NCBI GenBank assembly: GCA_963813155.1
Contig: CAWEYG010000002.1
Location: 384,001 to 448,000, forward strand
DNA from: an uncultured Acidobacteriota bacterium
GTDB lineage: Bacteria; Acidobacteriota; Thermoanaerobaculia; UBA5066; DATFVB01
Direction: 5' to 3'
Length of the DNA stretch: 64,000 bases
In this document: one piece after another, positions 1 through 10,471 of the stretch
How the letters are laid out: each line of letters begins with the position of its first letter
Numbering within the stretch: position 1 is the stretch's first letter
Position numbers and translations under genes: made by a program
Notes under the pieces: model-generated
The model's input: the letters and a program-made list of their open reading frames with translations, nothing else
Told to the model about the DNA's origin: nothing
Databases searched by the model: none

Positions 1-1872
1 CCGAGGTCTCGTCCGGAACGACCCGGGCGCCGAACACGACGCGCAGGCGGCGTCCTCCCGCCAGCGCTCCCAGCACGCGCCCGGCCGAAGTCTCCGCGAG
101 AGGCTCCATCCCGGCAACGAGCGCCGCCGCCGGATCGCTCGTCGAAACGGAGGTGACGCCGGCGAGCCGCAGGAGCGCGGCCTTTCGCGGGTCGGCAAAC
201 GAGAGCCGGGAGAGATCGAGCGAGAAGAAAAACGACCGCCGTGGAGAAAAGCGGTCGATGTCGTTGTTCCCGGCGAACGACAGCCCCCAAACGGCGGGCC
301 GCATCGGGCGCAGGGGATCGAGCGCGATTTCGGCCTCCCGATCGTAGAACAGGCGACCCCCGGCCTTCCGCGCCGAAAGGGCGGCCGGGGGCGCAGTGTC
401 GTAGAACGACGCCGGCGCGAAGGACAGCGAATCGAATCCGCGCGTGAAGAGCTCGAAGAGAAGGAGCACGGCGACGCCGCCGCGGCGCGCCCGGCGGGCC
501 GGACGAAAGAGAGCCGCCGCTCCGCCGAGGAGGGCGTAGCCGGCCACCTGCAGGAAGTCGTTCGAGATCGCGGCGAGAATCGACGCGGGAGGAGGCCGCG
601 AGATCGGGCGAGACGATTCGGGCCGCGAGGAGACTCCGGAGCGAGAATCCGGGAGCCGCGCCGACGACCGCCGCCGCGGCGAGCGAGGCCGACGCGATGA
701 CAACCGCGCTCGCGATCACCGACCTCCGTGCTCCGCCGTCGCCCGACCGAAGCGCCTCCAGCCCGACGGCCGCCGCCGCGAGCGCGGCGAAGGCAGCGAA
801 AAAGAGCCATTTTTCCGGGTAGCGGAGCGAGGAGAGGCCCGGCCGGGACAGCAGCCAGCTCCCGCCCGGAAAAAACCGCCCCATCGACGCGACGGCCGCG
901 ACGCCGGCGACGAACAGCAGCGATCGGCCGAGCCGGTCGCGCGCGGCCGCGGCAAGCAGCAGCAGCGCCGCCGTTCCGATCGCGAGGCTGAAGATGTAGG
1001 GCAACCCGGCATCGAAAAACGCGTGGCCCCAGTAACCCGCGCGGTCGGGCGACATCACGTCGCCGAACAGCCCCGGCCAGAGAACCGAAAATGCCCGAAG
1101 GGGGCGAACCGAAAAGTAGGCGGGCCCGGAAGAGGTCGACAGGCCGGCGCCGCGAACCGTCTTTCCAAACAGCCCCGCCGCAGCGACGATCTGCGGAGCG
1201 CCGGCGAGCATGCCGATCGCGAGCGGGGCCCCCATCGAGCGCGCCGCGCCTCCTGCCGTTCGCCGCGCGGCCCCGAAATGCGGCGAAAAGCACTCCCAGC
1301 AGGCAAAACTCGATTGCCACCACCGGCTCACCGGACAGGATCGCGAGGCCCAGGACGACGCCCGCGAGCACCGAACTCTTTCGGGTCGGGCTCCCGACGA
1401 GCGCGAGGTAAGGGAGGAACAGCGCGACAATCCAACCCGTCGAAGGAAACGACGCGAGAGACAGGGCCGGGCCCGAAACGGCCGCGGCCGCGGCGAGGAT
1501 CGACGCGGAGAAAGGCGAAAGGCGCAGGCCTCTCAACCCGGCATAGACGAGCAGCGGAAGCGCCAGGGCCGAAGCCACGAAGCCGGCGCGCACGGCGGAG
1601 GAGAAGGGGCGCAGAAGAAAGAGCCATGTCGCCGGAAAGAAGACGGAATGGTTCGGGTCCGCGGCCATCGGAATTCCGCAGCCGATCGTCGGGTTCCACA
1701 GCGGCGAGGCTCCGTGGCGGATCGCCTCCGAAAACGCGAACCGCAGCGGCGCGAAGAAGAATCCGAAGTCCCGCGCATAAAAAACGAGGCCGCCGAAAAT
1801 CGAGCGGCCCCAGAACGCCAGCGTCCAGAGAACGAGGAACCCGACGGCGAGGCGGTCCCCCCGGGTCTTCAG
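1..1872 (-). CDS. YfhO-like / GT-C-type polytopic membrane protein (runs off window start)
   Basis: Manual minus-strand translation: LKTRGDRLAVGFLVLWTLAFWGRSIFGGLVFYARDFGFFFAPLRFAFSEAIRHGASPLWNPTIGCGIPMAADPNHSVFFP. The PLWNP..G.P..A.P motif is typical of YfhO-family proteins. Absent from the ORF track, consistent with no stop before the window edge; start (CTG 1872) uncertain. Confidence 0.7.
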   Translation of the reverse strand, partial: MKTRGDRLAVGFLVLWTLAFWGRSIFGGLVFYARDFGFFFAPLRFAFSEAIRHGASPLWNPTIGCGIPMAADPNHSVFFPATWLFLLRPFSSAVRAGFVASALALPLLVYAGLRGLRLSPFSASILAAAAAVSGPALSLASFPSTGWIVALFLPYLALVGSPTRKSSVLAGVVLGLAILSGEPVVAIEFCLLGVLFAAFRGRAANGRRRGALDGGPARDRHARRRSADRRCGGAVWKDGSRRRPVDLFRARLLFGSPPSGIFGSLAGAVRRRDVARPRGLLGPRVFRCRVALHLQPRDRNGGAAAACRGRARPARPIAAVRRRRRGRRVDGAVFSGRELAAVPAGPLLAPLPGKMALFRCLRRARGGGRRAGGASVGRRRSTEVGDRERGCHRVGLARRGGGRRRGSRILAPESPRGPNRLARSRGLLPRRFSPRSRTTSCRWPATPSSAERRLSFVRPAGRAAAASPCSFSSSSSRADSIRCPSRRRRSTTLRPRPPFRRGRPGVACSTIGRPKSRSIPCARCGPPFGGCRSPGTTTSTAFLHGGRFSSRSISPGSRLPTRERPRSCGSPASPPFRRAIRRRRSLPGWSLSRRLRPGACWERWREDAACASCSAPGSFRTRPR

Positions 1873-1877
1873 AATTC

Positions 1878-2303
1878 CTACCTCTTCGTTTCCACCGTCA
1901 CGTAGAAATACCGGGCCCGGTCGAGATTTCGGAAAACGTGGTGGAACGCGATCGTGAACTCGTCGCGAGCGCCCTTGTTGAGGTCGCCGATCTTGACCCC
2001 GCCGTCGCCGGCGGCGATCAGATGGTCGTCGGCGTCGAAGATCGCGATCGCGACGCCGGGAACCACGTCGCTCGAGGAATCATTGTCGACGCGCACGGTC
2101 GCGCGCGACGTCGAGATGCGGCTCGGCCGGAGAACCGAACCGAGGTCGAACGTCACCTGTTTGACCGTGATTCCGTTCTCCGTCCAGTTGAGGATCTGCG
2201 CGCCCTTTTGCGGAGACCAGTCGAATTTCTTCGTCCAGACTCCCGCCGAGGCGGTCGCCGAAACGGAGACGGCGATTGCGAGGATCGAGGCGAGTCGTTT
2301 CAT
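1878..2303 (-). CDS. Secreted hypothetical protein (Ig-like beta sandwich)
   Basis: C-terminal part of ORF 1878..3572. MKRLASILAIAVSVSATASA signal peptide, GGAGG RBS, beta-strand-rich body. Confidence 0.75.
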   Translation of the reverse strand: MKRLASILAIAVSVSATASAGVWTKKFDWSPQKGAQILNWTENGITVKQVTFDLGSVLRPSRISTSRATVRVDNDSSSDVVPGVAIAIFDADDHLIAAGDGGVKIGDLNKGARDEFTIAFHHVFRNLDRARYFYVTVETKR

Positions 2304-2350
2304 GTATTCCCTCCGGGCCCTAGGGTAGCAAAAAACGTGCAGGCCGTTCG

Positions 2351-3916
<1,566 letters not shown>

Positions 3917-3928
3917 TCTCGGGAAAGC

Positions 3929-4777
3929 CTAACTGAATTCAGGCAGCGTGTCATCCCCATTCACTCCTCGACGATTCACGCAGCGTGTCATCGCTGCAGG
4001 ACGCGGAGATCGCCGAGGCGAATCCGGACCCGGCCGAGGTCGATTCCCGCTTGCTTCGGTGAATCGACTCCGGTCCGCGAATGACTCGGTCCGCAGTCCG
4101 CGCGGCGGTAACTCGGCGAGCGTGGCGATCCGCTCTTCGACGCCCGAATGTCGTCCCTCCCGGTCGAGCAGGATCGCCGAGAGACCCGCCGCGCGGGCGC
4201 CGCGGTAGTCCTCCTCGAACGAGTCGCCGACGTGAAGAGCCTCGTCGCCCCGGAGGCCGAGCCGCGCGCACGCCCGGTGAAAGATCTCCGCGTGCGGCTT
4301 GGCCGTCTTTTCGACCGCCGAGATCAGGATCGCGGAGAAGCTCTCCTCGAGGCCGTGCGCTTCGAGCAGGCCCGCGAGGGTCGAATCCCAGTTCGAAACG
4401 ATCGCCATCCGAAATCCCCGCTCGCGCAGCGAGGAGAGCGCGGGCGCGACGTCCGGGTAGACCGACCACGACCCGGGCAGAACGAAGTGCGCGACGAGCT
4501 CGGAAAAACACCGGTCGGAGAGGGATCCGCGGTCGAGGTGGTGCCGCGCCCGACGGACGAACGCCTCCCAGAAGCCCCGCTCGCCGGTCGCTCCCCCGAA
4601 ACGGTTCGGAAGCGTGCGCTCGCGGATCTCCCGCCAGGTCGATTCCAGCGCCGCCGCCAGATCGCCCGGCGAGCATTGCGCGCCGTCGCGCACAAAGGCC
4701 TCGAAGTAGACCTGCTCGACGGGGGGATCGGCGTGGAGAAGGGTCGCGCCCGCGTCGAAGAGAATGCCCCGGATCAT
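3929..4777 (-). CDS. HAD-IA family hydrolase (REG-2/HDHD3-like) with aberrant C-terminal extension
   Basis: ILFDAGATL motif I, VSNWD, KPHAEIF, HVGDSFEEDYRGARAAG. The last ~55 aa read through a palindromic element. Confidence 0.85.
   Translation of the reverse strand: MIRGILFDAGATLLHADPPVEQVYFEAFVRDGAQCSPGDLAAALESTWREIRERTLPNRFGGATGERGFWEAFVRRARHHLDRGSLSDRCFSELVAHFVLPGSWSVYPDVAPALSSLRERGFRMAIVSNWDSTLAGLLEAHGLEESFSAILISAVEKTAKPHAEIFHRACARLGLRGDEALHVGDSFEEDYRGARAAGLSAILLDREGRHSGVEERIATLAELPPRGLRTESFADRSRFTEASGNRPRPGPDSPRRSPRPAAMTRCVNRRGVNGDDTLPEFS
3996..4054 (+). repeat. Diverged copy (D) of dispersed palindromic element
   Basis: GCAGG..GAGATCGCCGAGGCGAATCCGGACCCGGCCGAGGTCGA..CTTGC aligns to the element consensus GAGATYCCGAGGGAAAGCGAACTGCGGCCGAGGGTCG and keeps the stems. 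Confidence 0.45.
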
Positions 4778-4796
4778 CCGGCCGCCGCCTTCCGCC

Positions 4797-5573
4797 TCAA
4801 GGCATCACCTGGCCGCCGTCGAGGACGATCGCCTGGCCCGTCAGGTTCCGGGCGTCGTCCGAAGCGATGTAAGCGGCGAGCCCCGCGATTTCCGACGGCT
4901 CCAGGACGCGGCCGAGAGGCGCCATCCGTGCGCAGATCGCGCGCGCCTCCTCGATGGAAACCGACGAGCGCTCCGCGATGCGCCGGTATCCGTCGCGAGC
5001 CATTTCCGTTTCGACCCAGCCGGGACAGATCGCGTTGACCGTGATCCGGCGGGGAGCCAGCTCGAGGGCCATCGTCCGGGTCAGGCCGACGATCCCGTGC
5101 TTTGCCGACGCGTAAGCGGCGTACCCCGGCACGCCGAATCGGCCGAGAACCGACGACTGGTTGATGATCCTCCCGCCGTCGGGCATCGAGGGCAGCGCCG
5201 CCCGGCTGACGCGGAACGCCGAGGTGAGGCTCGAGGCGAGAATCGCGTCCCACCGCTCCTCCGCGGCGGGGTCGGTATCGAGCGGCGTCAAACCGGAGGA
5301 CCCTGCATTGTTGACGAGAATGTCGATTCTTCCCCACGTTTCGACCGCGCGCGCGATCGCGGGAGCGAACGACTCCCGCACGGTCACGTCGCAAGGCGCG
5401 GCGAGCGCTTCGCCTCCGCGCGATCGGATCTCCGACGCGACGCGCTCGCACTCGTCGGCCGAGCGCGCCGCGACGCACACGCGCGAGCCCTCCCGGGCGA
5501 ACCGGTCTGCGATCGCCGCGCCGATCCCCCGGGAAGCCCCGGTGATGAACGCGACTTTGCCGGCGAGACGCAT
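4797..5573 (-). CDS. SDR family oxidoreductase
   Basis: TGASRGIG, NNAG, YASAK, NAICPGWVETEM. Confidence 0.92.
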   Translation of the reverse strand: MRLAGKVAFITGASRGIGAAIADRFAREGSRVCVAARSADECERVASEIRSRGGEALAAPCDVTVRESFAPAIARAVETWGRIDILVNNAGSSGLTPLDTDPAAEERWDAILASSLTSAFRVSRAALPSMPDGGRIINQSSVLGRFGVPGYAAYASAKHGIVGLTRTMALELAPRRITVNAICPGWVETEMARDGYRRIAERSSVSIEEARAICARMAPLGRVLEPSEIAGLAAYIASDDARNLTGQAIVLDGGQVMP

Positions 5574-5597
5574 CGATTTCGAGATTATCATCCGGCG

Positions 5598-6020
5598 ATG
5601 CCGAAGAAACCCTGGGCCGCCCTCCTTCTGATTTCGGCCGCCTGCTCGACGGGGGCTCCGACCGCCCCGTCCCCCGCGGCGAGCGCGCCCGCTGCCGCGG
5701 CCGTCCAGCCGCCTCCGTCCGCGCCCGAGGAGCGGGCGGCAAAGCCCGCGCAATTTCTGCCGACGACCGTCTATTCGGGGGGAGACGGAAGCTCCATCGA
5801 GCAGGCTGTCACCGTGATGGCGGACAGCGAGCAGGCGGGGGTGCAGCGGGAGATGGAATGGATCTTCGCGCGCTACGGCAAGTTCCGAAAGACCGGAGTC
5901 GGCCTGGCGACCGTCGAGCAGCGAAAGTTCGACGCGGTCCGCGTGGAGCTGGCGGACCATTCCGAAAGGGAGATTTTCTTCGATATCACCTCGTTCTTCG
6001 GGAAGAGCGACGATAAATGA
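5598..6020 (+). CDS. Hypothetical lipoprotein
   Basis: MPKKPWAALLLISAAC lipobox, Pro/Ala linker, C-terminal domain YSGGDGSSIEQAV...FFDITSFFGK. Confidence 0.75.
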   Translation: MPKKPWAALLLISAACSTGAPTAPSPAASAPAAAAVQPPPSAPEERAAKPAQFLPTTVYSGGDGSSIEQAVTVMADSEQAGVQREMEWIFARYGKFRKTGVGLATVEQRKFDAVRVELADHSEREIFFDITSFFGKSDDK

Positions 6021-6056
6021 GGGGTTTGACAGGCGATTGGCTGGTGGGGACGAAGA

Positions 6057-6078
6057 GCTTGTGATAGATTTCACAAGC
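6057..6078. promoter_or_regulatory. CRP/FNR-family operator (TGTGA-N6-TCACA)
   Basis: Perfect inverted repeat GCTTGTGA-TAGATT-TCACAAGC, ~140 bp upstream of the ATG at 6220. Confidence 0.7.
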
Positions 6079-6219
6079 GTACGGCGATTAATTACATTTT
6101 TGTGTTGACTGAACGGGCGCTCGGCCCCAGACTGTTTCGCAATTCAGGGCCGCCGCGACGAGCCTCAATTTCGCGACTTGCCGATTCGGCGGACATCGTA
6201 CTGAGGAGGGATCCCGGAA

Positions 6220-7093
6220 ATGAAGAAGGTTCTGGCACTCGGAATCAGCCTGGCGCTGGCAGCTGCTGCAACAGCCGCGCCCAAAGAAACGAACGGACAT
6301 TGGGTCCACGAATACCCGGCGAAGTCGGAGGGGGCCACCCACGGTGCGCGTCCGGGCTCGAACCAGATCACTTATCAGGGCGGCGAAGTCCTTTACGCCG
6401 CGAAGGTCGTCCCGATCTACTGGGGAGCCTACTGGGGCAGCGGCACCGGCGCGACCGAGCGCGCGACGATGAACAGCTTCTACGAACAATACGGAACGAA
6501 CTCCCACTACGGCGTGATCACCCAGTATTACGACACCGTCACGGGCGAGCACGCGCTACATCGGCCTTTCGACCCTCCTGAACGCGGGAAACGACTATTA
6601 CGACTCGTCCGCCCCTCCGACGAACGTCACCGACGCGATCGTCCAGAGTGAAGTGAACAAGTACCTCTCGAACGGCCATACGTGGAACAACGAGACGATC
6701 TACGAGGTCTTCATTCCTCCGACCTCGTACTCCTCCGACGGAAGCTCGACGTCCTGCGGCGGGCCGCACCTGGCCTATTGCGCGTATCACGGAAGCTACA
6801 CCGGCGGCTCGGGCTCCGGAACCGGCAATGGCAAGAGCATCAAGTATTCGATCGAGCCGTATCCGAACTGCTCCGGCTGCGCGGCGAGCGGCTTCACCAC
6901 CCTTCAGAACGCCCAGCACTTCGCCTGCCACGAAACCCGCGAGGCGGTGACGGACCCCGTCAATGCCTGGTGGAACACGCGAAGCGGATACGAAGCCGAC
7001 GACGAGTGTGCCTGGAGCCCGGCGCCGTTCCTCGATGGCGGCTACGGCTACCAGTACGAGTGGTCCAACAAGGCCAACGCCTGCGTCAAGTAA
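6220..7093 (+). CDS. Secreted EXORDIUM/Phi-1-like protein, copy 1 (+1 frameshift near 6547)
   Basis: Signal peptide; YCAYHGS, HETREAVTDP, EADDECAW. Alignment to copy 2 shows one extra base near 6547. Confidence 0.7.
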
Positions 7094-7118
7094 GCCAGGA
7101 CCTTCTTCCGTAATTCTC

Positions 7119-7143
7119 AGGCCCCGGGCAACCGGGGCCTTTT
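7119..7143 (+). terminator. Rho-independent terminator
   Basis: AGGCCCCGG-GCAA-CCGGGGCCT followed by a T tract. Confidence 0.85.
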
Positions 7144-7243
7144 CATTTTCTTTATGCTCCGGACCCGGGCAAAATTCTTGCATGCACAGGCGGTCAATGG
7201 CACCCGCATACCGCGCCGCGCCAATCTGAGGAGGATCTCGGCC

Positions 7244-8113
7244 ATGAACAAAATCCTTATGTTCGGCCTCTGCCTCGCGCTCGCCGCTGCCGCGACCGCC
7301 GCGCCCAAAGAGACCAACGGGCACTGGGTTCACGAATATCCGGCGAAATCGCAGGCGGCCCCGACCCACGGGGGGCGCGTGACGCTTCTCACGTACCAGG
7401 GCGGAGAAGTGCTTTACGCGGCGAAAGTCGTTCCGATCTACTGGGGCGCCTACTGGGGAAGCGGCACCGGCGCGACCGAGCGCGCGACGATGAACAGTTT
7501 CTTCGAACAGTACGGCACGAACTCCCACTACGGCGTCATCACCCAGTATTACGACACCGTCACCGGGAGCACCCGATTCATCGGCCTTTCGACTCTCACG
7601 AACGCGGGTGACGACTACTACGACTCGTCCGCCCCTCCGACGAACGTCACCGACGCGGTCGTCCAGGGTGAAGTGAACAAGTACCTCTCGAACGGCCACA
7701 CGTGGAACGACGAGACGATCTACGAAGTCTTCATTCCCCCCACTTCGTACTCCTCGGACGGGACCTCGACGTCCTGCGGCGGGCCGCACCTGGCCTATTG
7801 CGCCTACCACGGAAGCTACACCGGCGGCTCGGCCTCCGGAACCGGCAACGGCAAGAGCATCAAGTATTCGATCGAGCCGTATCCGAACTGTTCCGGCTGC
7901 CAGGCGACCGGTTTCTCGACGATCCAGAACGCGCAGCATTTCGCCTGCCACGAGACCCGCGAAGCGGTGACCGATCCGGTCAACGCCTGGTGGGACACGA
8001 AGACCGGCGATGAGGCGGACGACAAGTGCGCCTGGAGCCCGGCTCCGTTCATCGACGGCGGTTTCGGCTACCAGTACGAGTGGTCGAACGCAGCAAGGGC
8101 CTGCGTCAAGTAA
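7244..8113 (+). CDS. Secreted EXORDIUM/Phi-1-like protein, copy 2
   Basis: GAGGAGG RBS, signal peptide MNKILMFGLCLALAAAATA, same motifs as copy 1, intact frame. Confidence 0.75.
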   Translation: MNKILMFGLCLALAAAATAAPKETNGHWVHEYPAKSQAAPTHGGRVTLLTYQGGEVLYAAKVVPIYWGAYWGSGTGATERATMNSFFEQYGTNSHYGVITQYYDTVTGSTRFIGLSTLTNAGDDYYDSSAPPTNVTDAVVQGEVNKYLSNGHTWNDETIYEVFIPPTSYSSDGTSTSCGGPHLAYCAYHGSYTGGSASGTGNGKSIKYSIEPYPNCSGCQATGFSTIQNAQHFACHETREAVTDPVNAWWDTKTGDEADDKCAWSPAPFIDGGFGYQYEWSNAARACVK

Positions 8114-8137
8114 GACCCGGTTCTTTCGATCTTCTCG

Positions 8138-8166
8138 GGCCCCGGGCAACCGGGGCCTTTTCTTTT
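8138..8166 (+). terminator. Rho-independent terminator (same hairpin as 7119)
   Basis: GGCCCCGG-GCAA-CCGGGGCC followed by TTTTCTTTT. Confidence 0.85.
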
Positions 8167-8197
8167 GACGGCGGACCGGGAATCATAGGGCCGACTC

Positions 8198-9667
8198 ATG
8201 GCGGCCAAAAGCCCTCTCCTCCTGGCCCTCGACGCCGGCACGACCGGCAATCGCGCGCTCCTCTTCGACGCCGATCTCCACGTCGTCGCAAGCGCCTACC
8301 GGGAGCTCGGGCAAAGCTTCCCGCATCCCGGCTGGGTGGAGCACGACGCGGGAGAAATCTGGGAAAGCTGCCTCGCGGTCCTGCGCGAGACCCTGCGGAG
8401 CGTCGACGCTTCGCGCGTCGCCGCGCTCGGGATCGCGAATCAACGCGAGACGATCGTCGTCTGGAACAAGGAGACGGGAGAGCCCCTCGGCCCGGCAATC
8501 GTCTGGCAGGACCGGCGCACGGCCGAGGACTGCGATCGCCTGCGACAGCAGGGAGCCGAGCGGGCGATCCGCGAGAAAACTGGCCTGCGGCTCGACCCGT
8601 ATTTCTCCGCGACGAAGCTGGCGTGGATCTGCCGGAACCGCTCTCCGGGTCCCGACCATGTCGCGGGAACGATCGACTCCTGGCTCCTCTGGAACCTGAC
8701 GGGGGGACTTCTTCACGCGACCGACGTCTCGAATGCCTCCCGAACCCTCCTGTTCGATCTCGCGACGGGCGCGTGGGACCCGGCGCTCTGCGAGATGTTC
8801 GAGGTCCCCGAGCGAATGCTGCCCGCGATCTTCCCGACGGCGGGAGACTTCGGGGTCACGGAACCGTCGCTTTTCGGAACGCCGATCCCGATTCGGGCCG
8901 TCGTCGGAGACCAGCAGGGCGCGCTTTTCGGCCAGGCGTGTTTCGACCCCGGCGCGTCGAAAGCGACCTACGGGACGGGGCTGTTCCTCATGTCGCAGGC
9001 GGGCCCCGCGCGGCCCCGATCGGAAAACCTCCTCGCGACCGTCGCGTGGGATCTCGGGGACGGGATGCGCTATGCCCTCGAAGGGAGCGCTTTCGCCGCG
9101 GGAGCCGCGGTCGCCTGGCTTCGCGACGGCCTCGGAATCCTGGGGTCGGTCGAAGAATCGGACTCCCTCGCGCGTTCGGTGCCCGGCAACGGCGACGTGT
9201 ATTTCGTGCCCGCTCTCGCCGGCCTCGGAACGCCGCACTGGGACGCCTCGGCGCGCGGCCTCTTCCTCGGGCTCACGCGCGGGTCCGGGAGGGCGGAGCT
9301 CGTCCGCGCGGTGCTCGAATCGATCGCCTACCAGACCCGCGAGATCCTCGACCTGTTTGGCCGCGACCTCGGAACCGGGGTCGAGATCCTGAAGACCGAC
9401 GGCGGCGCGACGAAAAACGACTTCCTGCTCCAGTTCCAGGCCGACCTGCTCGGCATTCCCGTCGCGAGGGCCGCGATGCCGGAGCTGACGGCTCTCGGCG
9501 CCGCGGGAATCGCCGGAGTCGCGGCAGGAGTCTTCTCGTCACCCGCGGACTTCGCGCGGCGAAAATCGTCGGGGCGCGTGTTCGAGCCCTCGGGAGACCG
9601 ATCTCGCCTGGACGCGAACTATGTCCGCTGGCAGGACGCGGTCGCCCGGTCGAGGAACTGGGCGTGA
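8198..9667 (+). CDS. glpK: Glycerol kinase
   Basis: DAGTTGNR, GIANQRET, IVWQDRRT, DPYFSATK, TDVSNASRT, GDQQGALFGQ, KATYGTG, ALEGS, DGGATKN. Confidence 0.95.
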   Translation: MAAKSPLLLALDAGTTGNRALLFDADLHVVASAYRELGQSFPHPGWVEHDAGEIWESCLAVLRETLRSVDASRVAALGIANQRETIVVWNKETGEPLGPAIVWQDRRTAEDCDRLRQQGAERAIREKTGLRLDPYFSATKLAWICRNRSPGPDHVAGTIDSWLLWNLTGGLLHATDVSNASRTLLFDLATGAWDPALCEMFEVPERMLPAIFPTAGDFGVTEPSLFGTPIPIRAVVGDQQGALFGQACFDPGASKATYGTGLFLMSQAGPARPRSENLLATVAWDLGDGMRYALEGSAFAAGAAVAWLRDGLGILGSVEESDSLARSVPGNGDVYFVPALAGLGTPHWDASARGLFLGLTRGSGRAELVRAVLESIAYQTREILDLFGRDLGTGVEILKTDGGATKNDFLLQFQADLLGIPVARAAMPELTALGAAGIAGVAAGVFSSPADFARRKSSGRVFEPSGDRSRLDANYVRWQDAVARSRNWA

Positions 9668-10443
9668 ACCTCGATTCTCCCGTCGAAGCCGCCGCGACGA
9701 AGAGACCCCGGTGGCCCGCCCGGCTCGGCGTCGCGGCCTCGCTCCTCCTCGCGGCAGCCGCGGCGTTCGTTCTCACGCTTCCGGACGTCTCGCGCCTTCG
9801 CGCCGCGAGCCCGAAAACGACCGCGTTCATCGAGCAGCGCCGCGCGAAACTGCGCAAGGACGGCCGAAGCGACCGGATCGAGCGGATCGTCGTGCCGCTC
9901 GCCGCGATCTCTCCCTGGATGCGGCGAGCCGCGATCCTCACCGAAGACGAGAACTTCTACCTTCACAACGGGGTCGATTGGGCCGCCACGAAGCTCGCGC
10001 TCGAGACCGACATCGGCCAGGGGAGAATCCGCATCGGCGGCTCGACGATCACCCAGCAGCTCGCCAAGAACATCTACCTGTCTCCATCCCGAAGCCCCTG
10101 GCGCAAGCTCCGGGAGATGGCGATCGCCGCCAAGATGGAGACGGTCCTGCCGAAGAGCCGCATCCTGGAGCTCTATCTGAACTCGATCGAATGGGGAGAA
10201 CGGACTTACGGGGTCGAAGCGGCGTCGAGACGGTACTTCGGGCACTCCGCTTCCGCCCTGTCGCCCCGCGAGTCGGCGACCCTCGCGGCGATGATCGCCT
10301 CCCCCCGCCTCTTCGACCCGCGGACGCACCCCCGGAGGCTCGAGCGAAGAACGGCAAGGATTTTGCTTCTGCTGAAGCGGGTTCAGATCCCCGGCGCTCC
10401 ATTTCAGATTTTTCCGCAGGACGGCGGCGAAGGTGCGATATAA
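9664..10443 (+). CDS. mtgA: Monofunctional peptidoglycan transglycosylase (GT51)
   Basis: EDENFYLHNGVD, GGSTITQQLAKNIYL, RKLRE, LELYLNSIEWG; GTG start overlaps the glpK stop. Confidence 0.9.
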   Translation: MNLDSPVEAAATKRPRWPARLGVAASLLLAAAAAFVLTLPDVSRLRAASPKTTAFIEQRRAKLRKDGRSDRIERIVVPLAAISPWMRRAAILTEDENFYLHNGVDWAATKLALETDIGQGRIRIGGSTITQQLAKNIYLSPSRSPWRKLREMAIAAKMETVLPKSRILELYLNSIEWGERTYGVEAASRRYFGHSASALSPRESATLAAMIASPRLFDPRTHPRRLERRTARILLLLKRVQIPGAPFQIFPQDGGEGAI

Positions 10444-10471
10444 GTTCCAGTCAGTTCAACGGAGGACTTGC

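Noticed and set aside
3921-3936. GGGAAAGCCTAACTGA resembles the element core
   Set aside because: Too short and lacks the flanking stems; probably chance.
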